The notes beneath the pieces were generated by a model. It saw only the letters and a list, made by a program, of their open reading frames with translations. It searched no databases and was not told where the DNA came from. This document shows positions 20,029 through 30,845 of a stretch of 64,000 nt of DNA, piece by piece. Source of the stretch: an uncultured bacterium (GTDB lineage: Bacteria; Verrucomicrobiota; Verrucomicrobiia; Limisphaerales; UBA8199); contig CAVVMW010000001.1 of assembly GCA_963749495.1 (NCBI GenBank), forward strand, positions 768,001 through 832,000, given 5' to 3'. Positions within the stretch are counted from its first letter, which is position 1. Every line of letters starts with the position of its first letter. A program made the translations under genes and the position numbers.

Positions 20029-20754
20029 TCACTCCGGTGTGAATTTGAAATCGTGGATGATCACCTCGACCTCCCGGCCGTTCTTCGGCGCCAACCCCTT
20101 GAACAGCCACAGGTTGATGTGTACCGGCATTGGCTGTTGCGAAACGTGCCGCGAGGCCTCGCTGGGGCTGTAACCCCAGGCGTTTATCTCCTCACGGTCA
20201 TCCTCGCGGTGGCCCTGCAACGATCGGAATTTCACCTCGCCGCGGCTCCAGATGAACCGGTGCGTCGTCTGGTCACCGGTCAAGGTGAACGGGAAGGACT
20301 TGGAAACCTGCTGCAGCGACTTCACGACCGGCCACACGGTGTAGTTGCCCATCGGGTTCTTCGCATCGCCCCACCGTGCGAATTCGATGTCGATCTCGTG
20401 TGTCGCGTCCGGTCCAACATCCCCGGTGGGGTAGTTGAAAAGCCCCAGCACCACGGTGTCGTCAAGACGGTCGAGCCGGCCGGTGACTTGAAACTGGTAC
20501 CGGCCAAAACCCAGACGCCTCCGCATCGTGACTTCGGCACAGGACCATTTCCCATCCCGCAGGCTGATTTTCAAATGCAGGTTGGTCGAGGTATCCAGCC
20601 ACGCGTTGTTCTCGTCCCACGCATTGGGGCCAGGTCCGCCCCGGCCTGATCTCGCCGTCCAGGTGCAGCCCCCGAATTCAAGTTCCTTCGCCTGCGTGGA
20701 GAAACCCAACGCCAGGAACAGTCCCGCCAATAGCCATTTTGTTTTCCGGTTCAT
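20029..20754 (-). CDS. GH16-like glycoside hydrolase, secreted
   Basis: Signal peptide, GFGRY, HEIDIEF catalytic motif, INLW. Confidence 0.8.
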   Translation of the reverse strand: MNRKTKWLLAGLFLALGFSTQAKELEFGGCTWTARSGRGGPGPNAWDENNAWLDTSTNLHLKISLRDGKWSCAEVTMRRRLGFGRYQFQVTGRLDRLDDTVVLGLFNYPTGDVGPDATHEIDIEFARWGDAKNPMGNYTVWPVVKSLQQVSKSFPFTLTGDQTTHRFIWSRGEVKFRSLQGHREDDREEINAWGYSPSEASRHVSQQPMPVHINLWLFKGLAPKNGREVEVIIHDFKFTPE

Positions 20755-20876
20755 CGTCAGAGTCGAGGCAGAGCATCCGGTTTCACTCGGCCGCAACCCG
20801 GGAAAGGAAAGCAAACCAAACCGCACCCATCAAGGCAAGTCGAGATTCGCGCGGAGGAAGGGAAAAGGGAAAAAGA

Positions 20877-21079
20877 AGGGCCGTTGACAAAGTCGTAGCG
20901 CAGGTTTCCAAACCTGCCGTATCGCCGATTTCCAATCGGCAGGGCGTCGGCATGTCGAGCGCCCCCGGTTTGCGGACGGCCTGCGGGTTTGGAAACCCAC
21001 GATACGGCAGGTTTGGAAACCTGCGCTACGCTGGCGCCCCTGGCGCACGGGCGCGCCGAGCGACTCTGTCAAGGGCCCT
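20877..21079. mobile_element. 203-bp MITE with about 19-bp TIR and 12-bp TSD
   Basis: AGGGCCGTTGACAAAGTCG ... CGACTCTGTCAAGGGCCCT; AAGGGAAAAAGA on both sides. Confidence 0.8.
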
Positions 21080-21207
21080 AAGGGAAAAAGAAGGCGTTGA
21101 AGCCGGGCGTGGGCTACGGGGCCGTCCTCCCCCGTTCCGGTTGGACGGCAATCTCCGCCGGACAGTCGGGGTGGTGGGAGTGCGCAGTAACGGCCTCCCA
21201 AATCGTG

Positions 21208-22500
21208 TCACGAAGGGTCAGTTTGCTCAGGCGCCGCCGGGGCATATTGTTCAATTGCTGGCTCACGCCTGAAGAGAAAGACAGCCATCACCACAAGGAG
21301 CATGCCGAGCATGAGGCGCAGGACCCACGCTGCAGACATGTAGTGTGTGAGAACGCCTGCGCAAAGGTGGCCTAGCGGCATCCCGCCCTGCTGGGCCAAG
21401 AGCATAATCGATAGGACCCGGCCTCGATTGGCGTCAGTGGCCAGGAGTTGGTTGGCGGTGTTGCTCGGGTTGAGGCTCAGCAGCCAAAAAGTGCCGCTTG
21501 CAACCAGGATAGTGAGGCTTAAAGCGGGCTTGGTGGAGAGGCTGAACAGCAACCCGAGGGCGGCGAAAACGCACATGGCCAGAGGGATGAGGTGGTGGCG
21601 AGGGTAGTAAGAGGGTATGAAGGACAGCAGGAATGCCCCGAGGATCGATCCCAGGCCGATCGCTGCAAGCATCAGACCGAACAGTGTCGGGCCGCCCTTG
21701 AGGACGCTCTGGGCAAATACGGGCAGCAGTCCTTGCAACGGCGCGGCCAAGAACATGAAGCTCATCCCCATCATGGTCAGGCGCCGCGTACCGGGACTGG
21801 TCCAGACGAATCTCAAGCCCTCGCGGATGTCTTGGCAGATCGAGGCGGTCTTTGGGCGGGAGGGGACGGGAGTGCCGGGGACGGCCAGCAGCAGAGCAAT
21901 CAGCAATGGGAGGAAGGTGCACGCGTTGAACGTGAAGGCACCTGCGATACCAGCAGCGCCGATGATGGCGGCCGCGAGCATAGGGCCGCACAGCCTGGCC
22001 ATGTTGAACTGGACAGAATTGAGGGCGATGGCACGATCCAACTCCGCCCGAGGAACAAGACTGGGCACGACCGCTTGGAAAACCGGACCGTTGAGAGCCC
22101 ACACGATGCCCTCAAGAAACGTGAAGGTGATCACGACCCAAGGCGTCGCTCTGTCCAGGAATGCTACTACCGCCAGGCCCGCTCCGAGTGCGCACGCGGC
22201 TGCCTGCAGGATGATGAGCCAGGTCTTCCGGTTCACGCGGTCCGATATCACGCCGGCGATGAGTGCGAGCAGAAGCACCGGGCAGAAGTCGGCGAACTGC
22301 AGGATTTCGACGAAAAGGCCCTGGTGGGGATTACCCAGGGTTTGACTCGTAACGGCCCAGCTCTGGGCGGCGTTTTCGGTCCAATTGCCAGTATTGGAGA
22401 TGCAGGCGCCCACCCAGAAAATGAGAAATGGGCGATGGCGCAAAACGCCCAAAGCTCTCGCAATGGAGGAGTCGGGTGGACCTTTCGGTTCGTGGACCAT
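21208..22500 (-). CDS. MFS transporter (MFS_3/H+ antiporter-like); probable 3' frameshift near 21255
   Basis: About 12 hydrophobic segments, GVISDRVNRK motif A, AIALNSVQFNMARLCGP. Confidence 0.9.
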   Translation of the reverse strand: MVHEPKGPPDSSIARALGVLRHRPFLIFWVGACISNTGNWTENAAQSWAVTSQTLGNPHQGLFVEILQFADFCPVLLLALIAGVISDRVNRKTWLIILQAAACALGAGLAVVAFLDRATPWVVITFTFLEGIVWALNGPVFQAVVPSLVPRAELDRAIALNSVQFNMARLCGPMLAAAIIGAAGIAGAFTFNACTFLPLLIALLLAVPGTPVPSRPKTASICQDIREGLRFVWTSPGTRRLTMMGMSFMFLAAPLQGLLPVFAQSVLKGGPTLFGLMLAAIGLGSILGAFLLSFIPSYYPRHHLIPLAMCVFAALGLLFSLSTKPALSLTILVASGTFWLLSLNPSNTANQLLATDANRGRVLSIMLLAQQGGMPLGHLCAGVLTHYMSAAWVLRLMLGMLLVVMAVFLFRREPAIEQYAPAAPEQTDPS

Positions 22501-22943
22501 CTCGAACTCCTAACAGTTTACTCCGCTCTCGAAAAGCAATTAGCCTCCGGGCACGTGGCATCAAGGACCGGAACGTGGACCCAGCCAGCACCATGCAGGT
22601 GGTCAATGCCCTCATTAAAGCGGACAGAGATTCCGTTTTTCGTGTGGCGCGAGGATGCGGGAACGGAAGGCCGCCCTTCAAGCTGAAAAAGGCCCCGACG
22701 TCCTCAAAGAGCTCAGGTCCTGGTTCGCAATCCCCTGGCTCCGCCCTCAACCGGACAATTTGGGGACTCGCCTGCGCCAGAAAAAGCCCCGGGCCGCCGC
22801 TTCCGGCTGGAACATCCCGGGCGGCTTGATTACCCTGCCCGCGTCTTGCGTATCAAACCCGGGCCCGAAAAGAAACTCTGCCCAAGGCGCGCCGCCGCGT
22901 TCGCCGTGCGGTCGTCTCGACGCGGACCCTAACCACCTGCACC

Positions 22944-24682
22944 ATGCACACCAAATCGCTCCTCTCGCCCTCGCTCTTGTTCGCCGCCGCACTGTCGTGC
23001 GGCTTGACCCTAAACGCCCAGGACCCCACAGCAGCTCCGAGTGCCGCCGGGCCGCGCCCATATCCGGCGCGGCTCCAATGGTGGGCCGAGGGCCGCTTCG
23101 GCATGTTCATCCATTGGGGGCCAGTCAGTCTGAAGGGCACCGAGATCAGTTGGTCGCGCGCCAACACCAATCCCAGGTGCCCGAACAACGGCGAAATCCC
23201 CGCCGCGGTCTATGACAGCCTCTATGAGCAATTCAATCCAACGAACTTCAATGCGAGCGAGTGGGTGGGCCTGGCCAAAGCCGCCGGCATCAGGTACATG
23301 GTGCTCACGGCCAAGCATTGCGACGGGTTCCTGCTCTGGGACTCGAAGGTGTCCGACTACAACATCATGCACACCCCGTTCAAGCGCGACGTGTGCGCCG
23401 AGCTGGCCCGGGCGGCCCATGCGCAGGGGATGAGAATTGGCTGGTACTTCTCGCCGATGGATTGGCGGGACCCGGACTGCCGCTCGCGGAACAACGATCG
23501 GTTCGTGGCGAGCATGCAGGCGGAACTGCGCGAGGTGCTCGGCAACTACGGCCGCATCAATTTGCTATGGTTCGACACCGATGGCCGCGAGGCGTCCTGG
23601 GACCAGGCGCGGACCTATGCCCTGGTCAAGCAACTCCAGCCGCAAATCATCATCAACAATCGCCTGGACCTCGGCCCCGGCCAGGACGCCGGTTCCCCCA
23701 ACAGCATCGGCCCGCAGGCCGATTACTTCACCCCGGAGCAGTGGATCGGCGGCTTCCAAGACCAGCATCCGTGGGAATCGTGCATGACACTCTCGCGCCG
23801 GGGCCAATGGGCTTGGGGCGGGCGGCAAGACGGCGTCAAGGCCTACGCCGATTGCCTGGAGATGCTCATCCGCTGCGCCGGCGGCGATGGCAACGTGTTG
23901 CTCAACGCGGGGCCGACGCCGACCGGCGAGATCGCGCCGGAGCAGGCGAACCGCTTGAAGGAGATGGGCGCCTGGCTGACGAAGAATGGCCAAAGCATCT
24001 ATGGCACGCGCGGCGGCCCGTTCAAGCCGGGCGAATATGGTGTCTCCACGCGCAAGGACAACACCATCTACCTGCACCTTTGCGACTGGACGGAGGATGT
24101 GATCAAGCTGCCGGGGATCGCGCGCAAGGTCGTCGCCAGCCGCGTGCTGAGCGGCGGCAGAGCCGAAGTCCGCCAGACCGCCAAGGGCCTCGAAGTATCC
24201 GTTCCCGAGAACGACCGCCAGCCGTTGGACACCGTCGTGGCGCTCGAACTGGATGGCTCGGCGCTCGACCTCCCCGCAGTGGACGTGCCCGGGCCGGTAT
24301 CGCTCACCACCAAGGCAAGAGCCACCGCCTCGAACGTTTTCCAGAACCAGGCGCAGTACGGACCGGACAAAGCCGTAGATGGCCGGGGTGACACTCGCTG
24401 GGCGACCGACTCGGGAGTCAAGTCCGCGTGGCTCGAAGTTGACCTTGGCCGGCCAGGTTCAGCCGCGCGACGATCAAGCAGGCCTTCCCGGAGTTGAAAC
24501 GCGTCCGCAAGTTCGCCATCGAGTACCTGCAGGACGGCCAATGGAAACCGTGTTATCGGGGTGAGGATCTGGGCGACAAGCTCGTCGCCAGGTTCGAACC
24601 GGTCACGGCGCAACGCGTGCGCCTGAACCTCACCGAAGCCACCGACGGCCCGACCATTTGGGAGTTCAACCTCTTCGAATAA
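22944..24682 (+). CDS. GH29 alpha-L-fucosidase with F5/8 (CBM32) domain (frameshift near 24455)
   Basis: RFGMFIHWG, TAKHCDGF, LWFD, WESCMT, LLNAGP; AVDG..TRW..WLEVDLG. Confidence 0.9.
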
Positions 24683-24712
24683 TCCACTATTGGCCGCCTG
24701 CTGGCGGTCCCC

Positions 24713-25205
24713 TTATGCCTTTGCCACGTATCTGATCTCGCGGATCTCGAGGCTGCCGGCTTTTGGCTCGTAAAACGGTTTGCCGTGGCGGACCCCAACC
24801 GTGCCGTAGCCGGTCGCGGCGGAGAAGAAACAGTGGAAATCGCCTTTGATGGCTGGTTCGAGGTAAAGGACTTTTTCCACCGCATCATAGCGGGCGCCAC
24901 TCAGCCCGAAGAGCAGCGCGTAGGAGGACATCGCCCGGGCGTACCAATGGCCGCATTCGTATTCGTCGAACGGGTTGCGCACCCGGCCGTCATACCGGTC
25001 GCGGCAGGCGCGCACGATGTCGAGCCCCTCCGGCACGCGGCCCATCCGCATCAGGTGCGAGGCGACCTGGTATTCGATTCCGGTCCAGACTTCGTTCGAA
25101 TACACGAACGGGAGCGAAAGCTCGCCTCCTTTGGGCCAGGAGCAAAGCAGCAGCCCGGCCTCGGCGCCGCAGGCGTAGGTGGGTCGTTGCGGATTGGCGA
25201 AACGC
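24713..25205 (-). pseudogene. C-terminal fragment of a GH116 glucosylceramidase-like hydrolase
   Basis: GLLLCSWPKGG..PFVYSNEVWTGIEYQVASH, RYDG..RNPFDEYECGHWYARAMSS; N-terminal part absent. Confidence 0.8.
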
Positions 25206-25233
25206 GGCAGGCCAAAGGAAGTTCCAGCCCCGC

Positions 25234-25782
25234 CTAAGGCTTCCTTTCAACCCTCGCCTTCACCGCGTCAATAAACGCAGCGGGATTCACAACCGGACCG
25301 GCCTTTGTGCGCGTGGCCGTTTCCCGCCAAAGCTGCACCACCTCCTTGGGTTGAATCGCCGGATTGACCTGCCAGGCCAGGGCCGCCAGGCCCGCCAGGT
25401 ATGGCACGGTCCAACTCTCATCACGCACCCACTTCCACGTCGGGACGGCGTAGAAATACAGAGCGGCTTGCGGAGCGACCCCGCAGCTCTTGCCCACCGC
25501 GATTCGAGGGTCAGCACTTCGCGTTCTCCCTGCCGCTCCTTGCGCGAGCGAGTTTCCTGCCCCACCAGATTGCGGAGTTCTTCGGGTGTCGTCAACCGGA
25601 ACGCCACCGCGCCGGGCTTCGTTGCCGTCGCGACGGATTCGGCTGTGGCGGGCTTCGACGGGAAATCGGCGGGGTCCGCAGCAACGGCCATTCCGCCGAC
25701 CAGCATCAGCAGGCTGGCGAGCGCCGGGACCCGCCACGGCGCCGTCCTTCGCCGGACAAACGAGAGCACGAATGGTGGCCAC
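25234..25782 (-). pseudogene. Multiply deleted S8 subtilase-like gene
   Basis: Signal peptide in one frame; IAVGKSCGVAPQAALYFYA and SWTVPYLAGLAALAWQVNP in another, with catalytic D/H regions missing. Confidence 0.6.
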
Positions 25783-26069
25783 CGAGGACTTCCAAGGCTC
25801 GCTGTGGAGGCAGGATTCTTCCTATAAATAAGGGCTTTCGGAGTCTCTGAATCGTAATGGGAATTAGACAACGGCGCCCCCTGTCAGTGGTGAAACGGAA
25901 TGGATGCAATCCTGGCGGTTGAGAACGGGATCTTCTTCCCCTGGATTTTCTTCGAGCAATTCGCTGAAAACTCTTCTTCCTTCTTCTCAGTCGTGGTTCT
26001 TCTTCGGCTTGGACCCTCGCTCCATCCGCGCTTGCGGCAGCCCCGGAAAATCGCAAAACTCCTCGGAGA

Positions 26070-26450
26070 ATGGCATCAAAGCGAAAGTGCCGGGCCTGTG
26101 GAAAGCCCTTCAGCCCCGATTACCGAAACCAAGCGGACCAGGCTTTCTGCCCCCGGCCCGAGTGCCGGCGTCTGCGCCGAGCGGACGCGCAGCGCAAACG
26201 GCGTGAGCGCGCTCGCCAGGCCGACAGCCTTACAAGACGGCTGAAGCCCTCTGAAGCCCGCTGGCTGCGAAGGAACCCCATGATAATCGGGCTGGTCTCG
26301 GTGCTGATCGGTTCGACGGACTGGCAGGAGATCGAAGCCTTTTGTGCGTCGGCCAGTTTGAGGGGAAGGAAGATCCTTGATGGGACGCTGGCAGAAGAGG
26401 ACGGAAACACCCTGAAAAATCAGGGTTCCGACACGGGAACGCCATCGTAA
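26070..26450 (+). CDS. Small Zn-finger hypothetical protein
   Basis: CRAC...PDYRN..Q.FC...EC; GGAGA RBS before ATG. Confidence 0.6.
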   Translation: MASKRKCRACGKPFSPDYRNQADQAFCPRPECRRLRRADAQRKRRERARQADSLTRRLKPSEARWLRRNPMIIGLVSVLIGSTDWQEIEAFCASASLRGRKILDGTLAEEDGNTLKNQGSDTGTPS

Positions 26451-26849
26451 AATCGGCTGGGCTCCGAAACAGATCCCATTCCTAACCGTCGGTTTTGCAT
26501 CCCGTTCGCGCCAACGGTGACACCCCCCTCGCGTTCTGAGAAAAGTCGGAGGGGGCGTTTGTCTCGAGGATCTATAAGAGGCGCCAGAACGAGAGGGCTG
26601 AAAGCCCGTAATGTCATAGCCTGGGGTGGAGCGCGAAGCGCGGAGTCCCAGGGGACGGCCGGTGGAAAACCATCCCGCCCTGCAAGGGCGGAACACGCCG
26701 CGAACAACCATATTGGCCGGAGATTGGAACCGCGGCCGGTGAGCGTCGTTCCCCTCCCCGAAAGGGGCACCCCGTGCCAACCCAAGGCAAGGCCGCCTGC
26801 GGCTAAAAGAGAAGACGCACCATGTTAGGGCTGAATGGGCCACACAACC

Positions 26850-26977
26850 AGTACGGCTGGAAGCCAGCCTTGTCGCTCCGCGCCCTTCCGCAGCCGTCCC
26901 GGGCGGCGTTTGACGCGGAGCCTGCGTTCCTTTCCGTGTCTTTCACCTGCGAGCATCTCCAAGGTTGAAGGCTGCAC
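26850..26977 (-). mobile_element. Internally deleted group II intron copy
   Basis: 5' GTGCAGCCTTCAACCTTGGAGATGCTCGCAGGTGAAA joined directly to a segment matching 30433-30522; ends in the first half of D5 (AGCCGTAC). Confidence 0.75.
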
Positions 26978-27028
26978 ATAAGAAATTGCTTTTTTGCCGC
27001 GCCGACGGTTTGACGCTTCGCGGGTGAG
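26978..27028 (-). mobile_element. IS91-family oriIS-like end, copy 3 (intron-occupied)
   Basis: CTCACCCGCGAAGCGTCAAACCGTCGGCGCGGCAAAAAAGCAATTTCTTAT|GTGCAG. Confidence 0.7.
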
Positions 27029-27096
27029 ACCGGATCGTTCTTCCGCGCAGCGGAGATTCCGTGTAACCTCTGCCCGCGAACGTCTCAGGAAAGGGT

Positions 27097-28845
27097 ATGA
27101 GTAATACATCTGATCCAAAACGGTGTCCAAAATGCGGACTGCCGATTCCCGACGAAGCTCCACAAGGACTTTGTCCCAAGTGCGTGCTCCTCCAAGCCTC
27201 TATCCCAACCGAGGGAGGAAAAGGCCAGCCCGCGCCATCGCGGGACGAAGTTGCGGCGGCGTTCCCGCAACTTGAAATCCTCGAACTGATTGGCCAGGGC
27301 GGCATGGGATTTGTCTTCAAAGCCCGGCAACCCAAACTGGAACGTCTGGTCGCGCTGAAGATTCTGCCGCAGGCGCTGGCGGCAGATCCGGCGTTCGCCG
27401 AAAGATTTTCGCGCGAAGGCCGTCTGCTGGCGCGGTTGAATCATCCCAATATCGTCTCCATTCACGATTTTGGGCAAGCCGGCGGCTACTTCTACTTGCT
27501 GATGGAATACGTTGATGGCGTGAATCTGCGCCAGGCGATGCGAGCGGGCCGGTTCACGCCGGCCCAAGCATTGGTGGTCGTGCCTAAAATATGCGAGGCG
27601 CTCCAATTCGCGCACAATGAAGGCATTTTACATCGCGACATTAAACCGGAGAACATTCTGGTGGATGTCCGGGGCCGGGTGAAGATTGCCGATTTTGGCA
27701 TCGCCAAACTCGTGGGGGATGCCCAGCCCGAGGCCGCACTGACCGGCACCGGCGCGAGGCTGGGCACGCCGCATTACATGGCGCCGGAACAACTGGAAAC
27801 TCCGGCCACGGTGGATCATCGGGCGGACATCTATTCGCTGGGCGTGGTCTTTTACGAAATGCTGACGGGCGAGCTGCCGTTGGGTCGGTTTCAACCGCCT
27901 TCGCACAAGGTGGAAATGGACGTGCGGCTGGATGAGGTGGTTTTGCACGCCTTGGAGAAGGAGCCGTCGCGGCGTTACCAGCATGCCAGTCAAGTGAGGA
28001 CAGCGGTTGAAACCATCGCCAGCGGGACTCCGCCGGCTCAGGTTGCGCCAGTATCGGATCGCTTTTGGAAACGCATGGCAATGGCGATGGCGTTGTTGTG
28101 TCTGACTCTGATTGTGCTCATTGCCTGTTTCGCAAGGTCGTTCTTCGCGACACAACGGGCTGTGACAAACTTGCCACCAGCTACTGTTCCTGTCGGCGGG
28201 ACGGAAAAGCAGTCCGCAACCCTGGTGATTGATACGGTGCCCTTCGAGCGCCGGCGGGTGGAGGGAGACCCGCGGGCTCACGACATGCTGTTTTGGGATT
28301 TCAAGTATCTGATTCCCGCCGATCATCTCGCGCAAGTTGTGTTTGTGCTGTGGTCCAACGGCGTGCCCACCATCAAGCCCGGTTTTAGTGGTTATTTCAA
28401 AGTCGGCCAGAGGCCGGTCAATCCAGAAAGCATGGACTTCTCATACGAGCCGAATGTGTCCGGGCCTCACGGTGGAACGAACGTGGCGCAGTGGAACGTC
28501 GGCTTGGGCTTTGGTTACACTCTTGGCCACCTTCTCACCAATCAACCGCCCTGTCGCAAGTTGGAAACCGCTCCGCGATCCGTTCTCCATTCCGGGCGCC
28601 AGCTTGCGATTCGTCTGGCCGATTTTATTCAGCCCACAGGCCTTGCAAGCAATGGCTGGTCGGGCGTAGAGGTACGCTTGATTCTTCAGCCCCTCCTCTC
28701 GCCCGCTGTACAGAGCGATCTCAATGAGTTCGATCGCACCAGTTATGTGGCCGGCTGGGGCCTGGCTGGAATGTCGGAAGATTCGATCATGAATCTGATA
28801 AAGACACTTCCTTGCGAGCCAATGACCGTCGAGAAGAGTCCGTGA
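27097..28845 (+). CDS. Membrane Hanks-type Ser/Thr protein kinase
   Basis: N-terminal CxxC..CxxC, GQGGMG, VALK, HRDIKPEN, DFG, GTPHYMAPE, TM helix, extracytoplasmic domain. Confidence 0.95.
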   Translation: MSNTSDPKRCPKCGLPIPDEAPQGLCPKCVLLQASIPTEGGKGQPAPSRDEVAAAFPQLEILELIGQGGMGFVFKARQPKLERLVALKILPQALAADPAFAERFSREGRLLARLNHPNIVSIHDFGQAGGYFYLLMEYVDGVNLRQAMRAGRFTPAQALVVVPKICEALQFAHNEGILHRDIKPENILVDVRGRVKIADFGIAKLVGDAQPEAALTGTGARLGTPHYMAPEQLETPATVDHRADIYSLGVVFYEMLTGELPLGRFQPPSHKVEMDVRLDEVVLHALEKEPSRRYQHASQVRTAVETIASGTPPAQVAPVSDRFWKRMAMAMALLCLTLIVLIACFARSFFATQRAVTNLPPATVPVGGTEKQSATLVIDTVPFERRRVEGDPRAHDMLFWDFKYLIPADHLAQVVFVLWSNGVPTIKPGFSGYFKVGQRPVNPESMDFSYEPNVSGPHGGTNVAQWNVGLGFGYTLGHLLTNQPPCRKLETAPRSVLHSGRQLAIRLADFIQPTGLASNGWSGVEVRLILQPLLSPAVQSDLNEFDRTSYVAGWGLAGMSEDSIMNLIKTLPCEPMTVEKSP

Positions 28846-28863
28846 GAATCAAGGCATTGGAGA

Positions 28864-29616
28864 ATGAGTAACTTGGCCACCAACGATTCTACTCCGCGTC
28901 AAGCCTCGCCTCCGGTGTTCGTCACCACCCGCTGGACGCGCGTGCTGCAGGCGAAAGGGGATTCGACGGAAGCCAAGGCGGCGTTGAGCGACTTGTGCGC
29001 GGCCTATTACGCGCCGGTGTTTGCCTTCATTCGCCGCAATGCGCCCGATGAAGACTCGGCGCGTGATTTGACCCAGGAATTCTTCGCCCGCCTGCTCGCG
29101 CGCGGGGGCATTGACAACGTGGACCCGCAACGCGGCCGCTTCCGCTCGTTTCTGCTCGGCGCGGTCAAACATTTCCTTGCCGACATGCGCGACCACGACC
29201 GCCGCCTCAAGCGCGGGGAGGGCCAGGCAATCGAATCCCTCGATGCGGAGGCGGGGAATTCATCCGGCCTGGAAGCGCCCGATTCGAAGGCGGCGGCTCC
29301 TGATCGGGGGTTTGACCACAAATGGGCGTTGACGTTATTGGGCCGGGCTTTCGCGACCATAGAACAAGAATACAAGGAGGCCGGGAAATCCAGGCAATTC
29401 GAGGCTCTTAAACCGTGGTTGACCGGAGATGGTGAGAACGTTTCGCAGGCGGAAGCGGCCCGTCAACTCGGAATGAACGAGGGCGCGGTCAAAGTGGCCA
29501 TTCACCGGCTTCGGCGCCGGCTTCGTGACCTCATCAAAAATGAAATCAGCCAGACGGTCAAGGACCGCGCTGATATTGACATCGAGATGCATGATCTGTT
29601 GGAAGCGTTGCTCTAA
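28864..29616 (+). CDS. ECF RNA polymerase sigma factor (kinase-associated type)
   Basis: FVTTRWT, ARDLTQEFF, GRFRSFLL, AARQLGMNEGAVKVAIHRLRRR. Confidence 0.92.
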   Translation: MSNLATNDSTPRQASPPVFVTTRWTRVLQAKGDSTEAKAALSDLCAAYYAPVFAFIRRNAPDEDSARDLTQEFFARLLARGGIDNVDPQRGRFRSFLLGAVKHFLADMRDHDRRLKRGEGQAIESLDAEAGNSSGLEAPDSKAAAPDRGFDHKWALTLLGRAFATIEQEYKEAGKSRQFEALKPWLTGDGENVSQAEAARQLGMNEGAVKVAIHRLRRRLRDLIKNEISQTVKDRADIDIEMHDLLEALL

Positions 29617-30288
29617 TCCTCAAAGAATTATCGGGACGGTTGACGTTCGGCTCGCAATTTGGGAAACCCAGTGATGGAACAGGTTCCCGGCGCCTTGGGA
29701 ACCAAAAGATGCCGGTCCAACTCCTGTTTTTCATTCGAGTAATTGTTGTCACTTCTTGTGTTCCTAGTCAGGCATAACGAAGAGCAGTTGCTTCGGCTGG
29801 GCGGCCAAAGAATGGCGGGGCGGGTCGCGATCCGGTGGAGTAATGATGCGGATTACCACGCGGAGCGGTCGAGTTCCGCGAGGCACTGATTAATCCTCCG
29901 CCGGCCTGCTGGGGCCTGCCGCCTGTGAGAATGAGCAGTTTAATCGAAGGACAAATCGGCTTCCCTGGTCTTGGTAAATGAGAGTGTGCCATTTTGCGCC
30001 TCAGCTATTGTGGAAAGCCCCTGTCGGGGTGGACGCGTCGTCGCGCCGTCCGACTCGCGGGGGGCCGGCGGGCGGCGGGGCCGAGCTTCGAGCCCCCAGC
30101 TCGCGGCCCCGCCCGTCGCCACGCGCGGACTCGCCAGGCCCCCCGCGAATAGGCGCGTCTCGGGCTGGCGTTTCCCGTTTCCCGCCTGGCGGTTACCCTA
30201 ATCAGGCCGGGCCTGCTATACCGGGACTTGAGGCGGGATAAAGCCGTTCCGTTACCGGGACCTGGGGCAGGTCTTACCGGGAAAACTG

Positions 30289-30845
30289 GTCGAGTGGAGT
30301 GGAGGCGCGACCGGTTTAGACCAAGGGCTTCCTGTGTATCGGCCCTTTCGGGCATCGTGGCAAATGGCCATCAGGTCCTGCCCACGTTTCCCCCACCCCC
30401 TCTCATCATCCCGTACAGCGAGTTTTCCCCAGGTACCGTTGGAAGCCAGCCTTGCCGCTCCGCGCCCTTCCGCAGCCGTCACCGGCTGCGTTTGACGCGG
30501 AGCCTGCGTTCCTTTCCGTGTCTGGCTCAGAGTCCAGATGTATCGGTTCGCGGCTGTGCCCACAGGCCCTTGGCTCAGCACGGTTTATTATCCCCGCGCC
30601 TGCAAACGCTACTACGGCCTGATGCGCCAGTCTGACGAACTCCGTCCTGCTTCCGCCTTCGCTAAAGCTACGGCGGACAGGTGGGCCTGTTCGGCTTGCT
30701 CCGGGCGGTCTTTGCCCTCGCGGGCCGTTCGCCTCACCTTCCCTTCTTTGCTTTGGCATACTTTCCTTAATCACTACTCGGCCCAACCATCCATTGCCGA
30801 GGCAGGACTTTCACCTGCGAGCATGTCCAAGGTTGAAGGCTGCAC
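30289..30845 (-). mobile_element. ORF-less group II intron (557 nt, probably degenerate)
   Basis: 5' GTGCAG..GCAGGTGAAAGTCCTGCC; D5-like AACGGTACCTGGGGAAAACTCGCTGTACGGGATGATGAGAGGGGG; D6 ending CTCCACTCGAC; the 5' boundary is confirmed by the second copy. Confidence 0.75.

Noticed and set aside
26820..26835. Integron attC core (GTTAGGG)
   Set aside because: Does not match GTTRRRY, has no inverse core hairpin, and there is no intI.
27061..27090. ECF autoregulatory promoter TGTAAC...CGTC
   Set aside because: 13-nt spacing is short for an ECF promoter; plausible but unsupported.
30289..30845. Active autonomous group II intron, retron or DGR
   Set aside because: No reverse transcriptase ORF in the window; the D5 stem has a mismatch (AACGGTAC) and the intron carries a REP insertion.
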